Shown here in pieces: positions 10,580-19,550 of a DNA stretch of 64,000 nt. Origin of the DNA: Bacteroidota bacterium (GTDB lineage Bacteria; Bacteroidota; Bacteroidia; Bacteroidales; JAAUTT01); assembly GCA_030706405.1 (NCBI GenBank), contig JAUZOO010000005.1, positions 312,376 through 376,375 of the forward strand. The letters run 5' to 3'. Positions within the stretch are counted from its first letter, which is position 1. Each line of letters opens with the position of its first letter. A program made the translations under genes and the position numbers. The notes below the pieces were generated by a model, which searched no databases, was not told where the DNA came from, and was given only the letters and a program-made list of their open reading frames with translations.

Positions 10580-12883
10580 TTATTTCCCGGGTTTATATTC
10601 ATCAATTGTAGTTGGAGGATGCAAAACAGAATGTACCTTTTCGGTGACAACTGTATTTTTTAATATTAACGAAGCCGTTTGTTTTACCTGTCTTGATGAA
10701 GTAGCAACTTTTAAGATATAATTACCCGCTTCGGCAATCCACGCATTTTTATCGTTGTAAAAAGAAGCAAGATCATCTACGGGTATCTTAAATGTCAATT
10801 TTTGAGATTCCCCGGGTTTCAGGAGTTTTGTTTTTGCGAAAGCTTTTAATTCCTGTACCGGCTTATCGATGGTTTTCGCAGGCGCTGAAATGTAAACCTG
10901 AACAACTTCTTTGCCATCAACCGATCCTGTATTTTTTACCGTAGTCGAGAATTCGATGGTATCTTTGATTATCGTGGAGTTCAGTTTTATGGCGCCTATG
11001 CTGAAATTGGTATAGGATAAGCCATAGCCAAATTCATAGACGGGAGGAATTTTAAAGGTATCGTAATAGCGATAACCTACGTAGATTCCCTCCTGGTACA
11101 CCACTTCGGTGGGATTTGCGGCGGGCAATCCCGGAAAGTTTTTAGCCGAAGGAACATCTTCGTACTTCTGGGAGAATGAGGTAGCCAGTTTACCCGACGG
11201 ATTAACCTTTCCGCTCAGAATATCGGCAATGGCATCGCCGCCCTCCTGCCCTGGCTGCCAGGCAAGTAAAATAGCATCGGGAATATCCTTCCAGTCTTTG
11301 GTATCAATAACTCCGCAAATATTCAGGACAACCACCAGCTTTTTCCCTTTATCATGAAAAGCAGAGGCTAGGCGTTGAAGGAGTTCTTTCTCGTTGGGTT
11401 TCAGACAATAATTATTGTCGATTGCCCTGTCTTTTGTTTCCCCGCTGTTTCGTCCAATGGTAAGCACCGCCACATCACAATCATTGGCCAGACGGTTGAT
11501 TTGCTCGTTGGTAATAACCAGTTCGTTGGGCCAGTTCTTATAGTTTTTGGCATATTCCCCATAAGCGGCATCCATCTCCTGGTCGAGCTGGTATCCGGCG
11601 TTTTTCAGTCCGCGAGCCAACGAAATAGTGTAAGCTTTATTTACATCTCCGCTTCCATATCCACCGGCAATCAGCGCATAGCTGATATTGCCAAAAAGAG
11701 CAACCTTTTTTACATTTTTTGCAAAGGGTAAAGCCTTTTTCCGGTTTTCGAGCAGTACCATACCTTCGGTTGCTGCCATGCGCGAAACCTGGGCATGAGC
11801 TTTAAGGTCGGGATTATTAGAGTATTGATAATGGTTAAAAGAAGGAGATTTTAACACAATTCGTAATATGCGCTCAATATTTTGGTCCAGCACTTTAACG
11901 TCAAGAGAGTCGTGCTCAACGAGCGACATTATTCGCTTTATCTGCTTGGTACTTCCGGGCATTATGACATCGTTCCCGGCTCTCATCTGATCAAGTAAGT
12001 TGAAGGCCGAGCCTCCCCAGTCGGTCATCACATAACCCTGATAACCCCATTCTTCCCGTAAAATAGTCGAAAGGAGGTCTTTTCTTTCCGAGGTGTGCTT
12101 GCCGTTTATCAGGTTATAGGACGACATCACCGTCCACGGCTCAGATTCTTTGATGGCAATTCGAAAGCCTTTTAAATAGATTTCTCTCAAGGCTCTTTCT
12201 GAAATAATGGCATCGATGGTGGAGCGATTCGTCTCCTGATTATTGGCTGCAAAATGCTTGATGGAGGTTCCTATGCCATTTGACTGCAAACCGGTGATGA
12301 TGGCAGAAGCTATCTTCCCTGAAACCACCGGGTCTTCGGAATAATATTCGAAGTTGCGACCGGTTAGCGGGTTACGGTGAATATTAACGCCGGGAGCTAA
12401 GATTATATCGGCTCCATATTCAAGGACTTCGTTTCCAAAAGCCTCTCCTACTTTTTTTACCACGTCGGGATTCCAGGTGGAGGCCAGTGTTATCCCTGCC
12501 GGGAAAGCCGTGGCAAAATAGGTACGGGTTTCGCCTTTTCTTCGGGGGTTTATGCGTACACCTGCCGGGCCATCGGCAAGTACCATCGATGGTATGCCCA
12601 AACGGGGAATGGCATTGGTAATGCCGGCAGCACCAGGCACCCGGAAGTCTGTCTGCCCGATCATCGACCCGTCGGCAAAAGCAGAAGGAGCTGCATTACG
12701 CCCGCCTCCAATCACCATATATGCTTTTTCCTGAAGCGTCATTGCTGCAATCACTTCCTTGATTGTATTTTTCCCAAGCTGGGGTACATTGGTTGATATA
12801 TTCTGGGCATTAACCGACAGAAAAAATCCACCTAACAGGCAAGCACCTGATTTTATGAGATAACCCATTATTTTATTTGTCAT
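10580..12883 (-). CDS. glycoside hydrolase family 3 (beta-glucosidase/beta-xylosidase-like)
   Basis: 767-aa ORF with a signal peptide. GH3 motifs are KHFAANNQETNRSTIDA and GYVMTDWGGSA. A C-terminal Fn3-like domain is present. Confidence 0.9.
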   Translation of the reverse strand: MTNKIMGYLIKSGACLLGGFFLSVNAQNISTNVPQLGKNTIKEVIAAMTLQEKAYMVIGGGRNAAPSAFADGSMIGQTDFRVPGAAGITNAIPRLGIPSMVLADGPAGVRINPRRKGETRTYFATAFPAGITLASTWNPDVVKKVGEAFGNEVLEYGADIILAPGVNIHRNPLTGRNFEYYSEDPVVSGKIASAIITGLQSNGIGTSIKHFAANNQETNRSTIDAIISERALREIYLKGFRIAIKESEPWTVMSSYNLINGKHTSERKDLLSTILREEWGYQGYVMTDWGGSAFNLLDQMRAGNDVIMPGSTKQIKRIMSLVEHDSLDVKVLDQNIERILRIVLKSPSFNHYQYSNNPDLKAHAQVSRMAATEGMVLLENRKKALPFAKNVKKVALFGNISYALIAGGYGSGDVNKAYTISLARGLKNAGYQLDQEMDAAYGEYAKNYKNWPNELVITNEQINRLANDCDVAVLTIGRNSGETKDRAIDNNYCLKPNEKELLQRLASAFHDKGKKLVVVLNICGVIDTKDWKDIPDAILLAWQPGQEGGDAIADILSGKVNPSGKLATSFSQKYEDVPSAKNFPGLPAANPTEVVYQEGIYVGYRYYDTFKIPPVYEFGYGLSYTNFSIGAIKLNSTIIKDTIEFSTTVKNTGSVDGKEVVQVYISAPAKTIDKPVQELKAFAKTKLLKPGESQKLTFKIPVDDLASFYNDKNAWIAEAGNYILKVATSSRQVKQTASLILKNTVVTEKVHSVLHPPTTIDEYKPGK

Positions 12884-12930
12884 TTTCTTTCTATTGGATA
12901 GTTATTCCGAAATTGAAATTTGAATTTTAA

Positions 12931-13197
12931 GGCGGAATTGCAAATTCCGCCTAACTCAAGGTCTGAGCGCTTGCGCTCGTTTGTAACGAGTGCGTTTTGC
13001 ACGGCACGCATTACAACTTAGCCGAAACCGATTTCACCGGAGGTAAACCTCCCCTAGCCCCTCCTTTTCAAGGAGGAGATTCTCATCTTTCCCAAGGAAG
13101 GCTCTGAAGAGTTATTTTTAGTTTCTTATAAAACCAAAATTTTCATCGAACTGGCGTAAAGTCACCTCTACGAAGCTTGCAACAGCTTCGCAGAGGT
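12931..13197. repeat. cluster of at least six short palindromic hairpins (REP/BIME-like) in the PUL spacer
   Basis: The palindromes are GGCGGAATT-GCA-AATTCCGCC (12931-12951), GAGCGC-TT-GCGCTC (12965-12978) and CTCGTT-TGT-AACGAG (12976-12990). They continue with GGAGGT-AA-ACCTCC (13039-13052), CCTCCTT-TTC-AAGGAGG (13060-13076) and ACCTCTaCGAAGCT-TGCAAC-AGCTTCGcAGAGGT (13164-13197). Confidence 0.75.
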
Positions 13198-13215
13198 AAC
13201 ATATCTACACTCAGC

Positions 13216-14871
13216 CTAATATTCGGGATTTTGACTTAAATTACTTGCCTTGTTAATTTCGGTTTGAGGAACCGGGAACAGATAATTCTTTTTGCTGAAA
13301 AGCCGGGTTTCAACAACAAACGGCGTATAGGTTAAGGTTGTTCCGCTTTTGGTGATCTTCATTCCACGTACCGGAGCATTCAGATAGGTTTCACCTTCAT
13401 TCCACCGGCGTAAATCATAAAAGCGTTCTTCCTCAAAGCAGAGTTCAACCCTACGTTCATTTTTAATACGGTCGCGCATCTGGGGCTGAGTTAAACCTAC
13501 CGGCAATACTGGCATACCAGCTCTAACTCTAACCGCATTAACAGCCCCATACACCTCTGTTGTAGGTCCAACGGCTTCGTTTAATGCTTCGGCATAGATA
13601 AGCAATATCTCAGCGTATCGGAAAAACACCCACGGTCTACGCACGTTAGTTACACTGGTGATGTTATATGTTGCACTGGTACTTAAAAATTTACGCATGT
13701 AATACCCTGTCTTGGTGCGATTCGCGTTGGTTGACACGTTGTCCAAACCGCCATCGAAAGTTTCTACGGCACGCGATAAGCTTCCGGTTTTGAAGGTTGA
13801 TCCATTGAATACGATAAATAGGTTCAACCTAGGGTCGCGATTTAAATAAGGATTTTTAGGATCATATCCCGAAGTTGGGTCGCTAATCGGTTTCCCAACC
13901 TTCATTTCAAAAGCATCCACCAAATCCTGGGTAGGATTGGTGCGTCCTAGCCCGCCGGTAAACCCAATAGGTGCATTATATGATTCAATGGTGTTGGTCG
14001 ATCCTGCCGGAGTAGCAAATATCACTTCCTTGTTGTAGGCAGTGGCAGTATTGCTGTAATTCCAGAGATTGGGATAGTCGGTAGCGCTGAGCAAACTGTG
14101 CTTATTTAAATCCATCAGAGCCTTAGCGGCATCGGCAGCTTTTTGCCAACGGGCTAAATCGTTGGTTGTGTTATAATACGGACTGGCATAAATCAACAGG
14201 GTTTTGGCTTTAAGTGCCATTCCTGCGGCTTTGGTAGCCCTTCCGTAATTTGCAACATCCCAATCTGATGTAGCAGCCTGAGGAATTTGTTTAATAACAG
14301 AATCGCAATCCATAACAATTGAATTCACTACCTCTTCGACCGTATTCCTGGGAAGATTCAGATTCTCGGTAAATTCGAAGGTGCGGTTAGCCAACACGAT
14401 GGCGCCATATCGTTTAAACAGTTCGAAATGGTACATTGCCCTTAAAAAGAAGGCTTCGCCTCGTAATCCGGAGAGATCGCTTGCAGGGAATATCACACTC
14501 TTGGGCGATTTTTCCAGAAACATATTAACTACCCGCAAACCGGAATATAAATTTGAATATTGGCTGTCGAAGATTTTCAAAGGCCCCCAGGTCCCATTGT
14601 TAATGCAATTAATACTGCTGCTCAGGTTGGAGTTTACCGCTTCGTCGCATGCACTTGCCAACAAAGCTCCGTTACCATCCACATTGTACCGGCCCAGAAG
14701 GTAATTATATCCGTTATTTAAAAATTCTCTCACCCGACGGTCGGTAGTCCATATAGCGTCTTCGGTGATCGGGCCTTCGGTATAAGACGGTGTAAAGAAA
14801 TCTCCGTTGCAAGCCGTAAGGAGCATGATAACCAACATCACTCCATATATTCTATACAATTTCTTTTTCAT
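13216..14871 (-). CDS. susD: SusD/RagB-family nutrient-binding outer-membrane lipoprotein
   Basis: 551-aa ORF with a lipoprotein signal (LLTACNGD). The TPR-like SusD architecture is present, including C-terminal RRVELCFEEERFYDLRRW. It lies immediately downstream of a SusC-like gene. Confidence 0.9.
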   Translation of the reverse strand: MKKKLYRIYGVMLVIMLLTACNGDFFTPSYTEGPITEDAIWTTDRRVREFLNNGYNYLLGRYNVDGNGALLASACDEAVNSNLSSSINCINNGTWGPLKIFDSQYSNLYSGLRVVNMFLEKSPKSVIFPASDLSGLRGEAFFLRAMYHFELFKRYGAIVLANRTFEFTENLNLPRNTVEEVVNSIVMDCDSVIKQIPQAATSDWDVANYGRATKAAGMALKAKTLLIYASPYYNTTNDLARWQKAADAAKALMDLNKHSLLSATDYPNLWNYSNTATAYNKEVIFATPAGSTNTIESYNAPIGFTGGLGRTNPTQDLVDAFEMKVGKPISDPTSGYDPKNPYLNRDPRLNLFIVFNGSTFKTGSLSRAVETFDGGLDNVSTNANRTKTGYYMRKFLSTSATYNITSVTNVRRPWVFFRYAEILLIYAEALNEAVGPTTEVYGAVNAVRVRAGMPVLPVGLTQPQMRDRIKNERRVELCFEEERFYDLRRWNEGETYLNAPVRGMKITKSGTTLTYTPFVVETRLFSKKNYLFPVPQTEINKASNLSQNPEY

Positions 14872-14882
14872 GATTTCAAGTG

Positions 14883-17690
14883 TTAAAATTTAACATTAAG
14901 ACCTACAGTGAAGGTCCGTACAAAAGGATAGCTGGTTCCTCGTCCGGCTGAGGGGGCTTCCGGATCGATGCCCAGATCTTTCACCTTTGAAAAGGTCAGG
15001 AGATTATATCCGGCCACATATAACCGTGCGCTTTTTATAAAGTGGAACCGTTGCGGTGTTGAGATACCGAGTTCAATCGTGCGCAGTTTCAAAAAATCGC
15101 CCGAGCGAAGCCAAAAATCGGAAGATGCGGTGTTGTTTCCGTTATCGGTAATACCAATTCTTGGATATTTAGCTGTGGCAGCCGTTTCAGCAGTCCAGCT
15201 ATCTTTTGACAATTGGTTTAATCCGTTGGGACCGGAATGAACAATAGAGTTGATGTCGATGGTGCGTCCGTGAATACCCTGGAATTGCATACTAACATCA
15301 AATATTTTGTATTTTACACTGCAACCAAAACCATAATAGATGTTGGGGATATCGGTGTAATTGGTTGCAACAACGTCATTGCTGTTAATAACGCCGTCTT
15401 CATTAATATCCTTGTATTTAATGTCACCCGGCACTACCAAGCCCGACAATGTTTGCGTTGGACTGGCATCTATCTCTGCCTGGCTTTGAAAAATACCTTG
15501 CGAGATATAACAGCTTTTGCTGCCCACATTAAATCCTTCGGTAGACTGATAAGGCATTGTAACGGTTGAAGAGCGCGCCAATACGGTATTTTTGGCATAC
15601 GTGAAGTTGGCGTTAAGTGCTATTTGCACCTTATTGATCTGCTTTTCGTAAATACCACTCAAATCAACCCCTTCACTACGAACTTTGCCCGAATTTACCT
15701 GGCTGAGTTCTACACCGAGAATCCCGGGAGCATTGGCATTACCCAAAATATCGGTACGTAGATCGTGGAAGTAATCGGCCGAGAGCGACAGGGCATTGTT
15801 GAGCACTCTTACATCAGTTCCAACATTCAGGCGGTCAATCTTTTCCCAGGTAGTTAACATGTTACCGGCAGGGCTGATTTCATACGCCGTAGTTGTGCCA
15901 GAGAAAGAAGTTCCCAAAATAGGGCCGGCGCCACGGGTAAACAACGACCGATATGGGAGTCTTACACGGTTACCATTGGAGTCGTAGGTTGGAGCCTCAT
16001 TACCGGTACGGCCGTACGAAGCCCTAAATTTGAGATAATCGATAAATTTAACGGCTTTAAAAAAGCTTTCGTCAGAAGTTACCCATCCGGCAGATGCAGC
16101 CGGGAAAAATCCAAAACGACGATCCGAAGCATAATTCTCGGTTCCGGAATAACTGCCGGTAAAACCAAGGAAATAGCGGTTTTTAAAACCATAGTCGGCA
16201 CGGGCAACCAACATTCGTCCACGGTAGTCAATACGATCTATGGCAGCGCTGACACTCTGTTGCGCACGGGCTGAAACCGTAATTTTATGATTCTGCGCGA
16301 AAGTACGGTCATAGTCCAAGCCTACCCATAATTCGTTATTCTTGGTATTGGTACCAAAAGCTGCGGAACGATAAGCCAGAACAGCAGCGGTACGATATGT
16401 TTGGGCCGGGGTGACCGTTTGATCAACTACGTTATAATTTTTAGTCAAGCCATCGGTGTAATCGCCATACCCATCATAAGAGAAAAAGACATTGGCTGAT
16501 AGCCCTTTGGTGATAAAATCCAGCTTCTGTTTAGCCGACAGCGACGCAAGTAAAGCATTGGTTGTAACCCGCGAATATCCGGTTGACTGCAACATACCTA
16601 AAGGATTTTCCTGATACACGGATGTTCCTCCGTACGTTCCATCGGCATTCGAAATAGGGAACGCGGTGGGTGGCAGGTTGTATATCAAATTGAAAACAGA
16701 GGCAGAACTATTGCCAACATCACTTCTTATTTCACTCCGCAATCCTCCGAGCAACGACACTGTCAAGGTTGGGGTTACTTCATAATCCAGGTTTACCCTG
16801 AAATTAAACCGTTTGTAATCAAAGTTTGAATTATAATCATCTGTTTTAGTTTCCTTGAACAAGCCGGGCTGGTCATAAAAACTAAGCACACTGTAATATT
16901 GAACTTTATTACTTCCCCCGCCAAAAGAAAGCGAGTAGCGTTGTAACGGGGAAACTTTGTTCAAAAAACGGTCTATGTAATTGTTGTCCGGATAACGATA
17001 AAGGTCAGAATGGCTCTGATAAGCATCCAACGCCGTTTGGCTGAAGGCCGGAGCCTGCCCCACATTGGACTGGCCCTGATTATACAGGGTTGCATAATCA
17101 TAAGCGTTTAATGGCTTTATGAGATTATCCGTTTGTTGAAACCCTGTTTGAACATCCAGACTGATAAAATTCTGCATGGGTTTTCCGTGCCGGGTATTGA
17201 TCAATATCGCCCCGTTTCCGGCATTTAAGCCATACCAGCTCAATGAAGCAGCATCTTTAAGCACGGTAATGCTTTCTATTTCATTCATATCCATATCAAC
17301 AAAATCTCTTGCCACACCGTCAACCAATACAACAGGACCGGCATCGGAGTATGTTGATTTTCCTCTGACCAGAAATGACGTATTAGACGTTCCCGGCTGA
17401 TAGCCGTTGGTTTGAACATACAACCCGCTGAGCCGTCCTGCAAAGACGCTGGACAAATTGCTTAATGGCGATTGCGGAAGGGACTCCGTATTCATTGAGC
17501 TTACAGCGTAGTTCAGCTCCCGTTTTGTACGCTTGCCAAAGGGAATATTGACATATTCATCTTCGGGGGCATTACCTTTTGTAGTAATTACAGAATCTTT
17601 TTTCTGAGTGACATCCTGGGCTTGTGCATTTAAGCTTATCAAAACAGTAAACAAGCTTAAAACCACTCCGGAATATTTTATATATTTCAT
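14883..17690 (-). CDS. susC: SusC-like TonB-dependent outer-membrane transporter
   Basis: 935-aa ORF with a signal peptide. It has a plug domain (IESITVLKDAASLSWYGLNAGNGAILINT), a long beta-barrel and a terminal aromatic residue (NVKF). It is paired with a SusD gene. Confidence 0.9.
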   Translation of the reverse strand: MKYIKYSGVVLSLFTVLISLNAQAQDVTQKKDSVITTKGNAPEDEYVNIPFGKRTKRELNYAVSSMNTESLPQSPLSNLSSVFAGRLSGLYVQTNGYQPGTSNTSFLVRGKSTYSDAGPVVLVDGVARDFVDMDMNEIESITVLKDAASLSWYGLNAGNGAILINTRHGKPMQNFISLDVQTGFQQTDNLIKPLNAYDYATLYNQGQSNVGQAPAFSQTALDAYQSHSDLYRYPDNNYIDRFLNKVSPLQRYSLSFGGGSNKVQYYSVLSFYDQPGLFKETKTDDYNSNFDYKRFNFRVNLDYEVTPTLTVSLLGGLRSEIRSDVGNSSASVFNLIYNLPPTAFPISNADGTYGGTSVYQENPLGMLQSTGYSRVTTNALLASLSAKQKLDFITKGLSANVFFSYDGYGDYTDGLTKNYNVVDQTVTPAQTYRTAAVLAYRSAAFGTNTKNNELWVGLDYDRTFAQNHKITVSARAQQSVSAAIDRIDYRGRMLVARADYGFKNRYFLGFTGSYSGTENYASDRRFGFFPAASAGWVTSDESFFKAVKFIDYLKFRASYGRTGNEAPTYDSNGNRVRLPYRSLFTRGAGPILGTSFSGTTTAYEISPAGNMLTTWEKIDRLNVGTDVRVLNNALSLSADYFHDLRTDILGNANAPGILGVELSQVNSGKVRSEGVDLSGIYEKQINKVQIALNANFTYAKNTVLARSSTVTMPYQSTEGFNVGSKSCYISQGIFQSQAEIDASPTQTLSGLVVPGDIKYKDINEDGVINSNDVVATNYTDIPNIYYGFGCSVKYKIFDVSMQFQGIHGRTIDINSIVHSGPNGLNQLSKDSWTAETAATAKYPRIGITDNGNNTASSDFWLRSGDFLKLRTIELGISTPQRFHFIKSARLYVAGYNLLTFSKVKDLGIDPEAPSAGRGTSYPFVRTFTVGLNVKF

Positions 17691-17860
17691 GAGAAAATAT
17701 TTTAATTAATTTATTGGCCTCATGGCACTTCCACATGCAAGACCTGAACTTTTATTAATTTTCATACCCTTTTGTTCTTAACAACTTTGAAATAAAATGC
17801 ACAAGCACGGAAGTTTCATCATCTTATTTCTCAATTTAATTGTGAACAATATGAAACGCA

Positions 17861-19534
17861 TCACCATCCGGGATTTTGTTTTAATTTCCCAGAGGTCTTA
17901 TTCATTTCAGTCTGGGGAATAGGATATAAATGCATGAAATCTTTAAAGACTTTTTGAAATGCAGGGAGTTGCACAACAGTATAAGTATAAGTGCCGTTTG
18001 CATTTTTTATAACCTTCATTCCCGTCATCGGTTGAGCCACAATTTCAACACCTTTCTTCCAGCGGAGGATATCCCACCAACGCATATCTTCAAATGCAAA
18101 CTCAACAGCACGTTCATTACGGATGCGATCGCGCATCTGGGTCTGAGTTAAACCAGCCGGCAATTCGGGCATTCCTGCTCTAAGCCGGATTGCCTTTATG
18201 GCATCGTAAACCTGGGTATTGGGGCCAACTGCTTCATTCAAAGCTTCGGCGTAATTAAGTAACACCTCACCGTACCGGTGATAGATATAATAAATGGGCG
18301 CAGAAGCCGAGGAGCCTGCTTTTACCGTTTCGGGCCAGAGGCGTTTTAAATAATAACTGGTTTTAGTAACCGAAATTGCGGTGCTAATGTCAGTTCCATA
18401 AGTAATTACGCCGTTGGCATCGGGTACTGTTTGCCAGGTTTGCACTGCCCTTCCCTGCCAGATTACGCCGTTATACAAAATATTAACATAAAACCGGGGG
18501 TCGCGATTAAGATAAGGATTCTGAGGATCATACCCGGAAGTAGGGTCTGTAATTGGCTTTCCGTTCTTCATCTCATACAAATCAACATGGTTTTGTGTAG
18601 GCGACAAGTTTGACTGCTGACCTCCGTAGCTGGTTGGCACCAAAAAATCCTGGATATAAGTACCGATAAACCCTCGGCCTCCGCGCACTTTGATCATGAT
18701 ATACTCAGGGGAGTTGCCGTTGGTTAAGATATTGGCATAACTGGGTTCCAACGAATATTTATTGAGATCCATTACATCCTTGGCGGCATCGGCGGCTTTC
18801 TGCCACTTGGTAAGATCGTTACCTGGATTATTCAACGGGCTTGCGGCATATAAAAGTGCGCGTGCTTTAAGCGCCATCGCAGCAGCTGCTGTTGCCCTGT
18901 TTGCCTGAGCGGCAGGGTTAGGCCAGTCACTATTGGTTGTAGGCAAAAGAGCTTTCGCCTGATCCAAATCGCTCAATATCTGCGCTAATGTTTCGTCAAA
19001 TGTGCTTCTGGGCAAATCTACGGTAGCTTCGGTAAATGGCTGAGGCGTTGTCAGGAGCACAACTCCTCCAAAACGTTTCATTAACTCAAAGTAGTAGTAT
19101 GCCCGTAAATACAGTTGCTCGCCTTTAATGTAATTAACATTGTATGTCGAGGTCCATGGCGTTTTATCCATGTTGGCCAATGTGATGTTAATGTTACGTA
19201 TGCCTTTATACATCTGCCCATAGATACCGACTACATCGGCGGCTCCGGCATCCAGGAACAGACCTGTATTCATGGTAGCAACTTCGGTCTGGGCATTATT
19301 CGCAAGAGATTCATCGGAAAACTGGGATGTCATTCCCTTGTACCCGCTCAACCGGCCATAATCTGTAATTAAATAGGAATAGCTATTGTCGGCATATTGC
19401 GATGCTAATAATGGATTCTGAAATATTTGATCGAGTGTTATCTGCACCCCCACATCACGTTGCAAGAAGTCCTTTTGGCATGAGATAACAGACAGGGTAA
19501 TTACAGTAATTAATAAATATCTTAAAGTTTTCAT
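17861..19534 (-). CDS. susD: SusD/RagB-family nutrient-binding outer-membrane lipoprotein
   Basis: The tracked ORF extends to 19612. The internal ATG at 19534 gives MKTLRYLLITVITLSVISCQKDF, a lipoprotein signal, and removes the overlap with the upstream SusC stop at 19551. SusD-type C-terminus is RAVEFAFEDMRWWDILRW. Confidence 0.9.
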   Translation of the reverse strand: MKTLRYLLITVITLSVISCQKDFLQRDVGVQITLDQIFQNPLLASQYADNSYSYLITDYGRLSGYKGMTSQFSDESLANNAQTEVATMNTGLFLDAGAADVVGIYGQMYKGIRNINITLANMDKTPWTSTYNVNYIKGEQLYLRAYYYFELMKRFGGVVLLTTPQPFTEATVDLPRSTFDETLAQILSDLDQAKALLPTTNSDWPNPAAQANRATAAAAMALKARALLYAASPLNNPGNDLTKWQKAADAAKDVMDLNKYSLEPSYANILTNGNSPEYIMIKVRGGRGFIGTYIQDFLVPTSYGGQQSNLSPTQNHVDLYEMKNGKPITDPTSGYDPQNPYLNRDPRFYVNILYNGVIWQGRAVQTWQTVPDANGVITYGTDISTAISVTKTSYYLKRLWPETVKAGSSASAPIYYIYHRYGEVLLNYAEALNEAVGPNTQVYDAIKAIRLRAGMPELPAGLTQTQMRDRIRNERAVEFAFEDMRWWDILRWKKGVEIVAQPMTGMKVIKNANGTYTYTVVQLPAFQKVFKDFMHLYPIPQTEMNKTSGKLKQNPGW

Positions 19535-19550
19535 GATCGGAATTTTAAAA

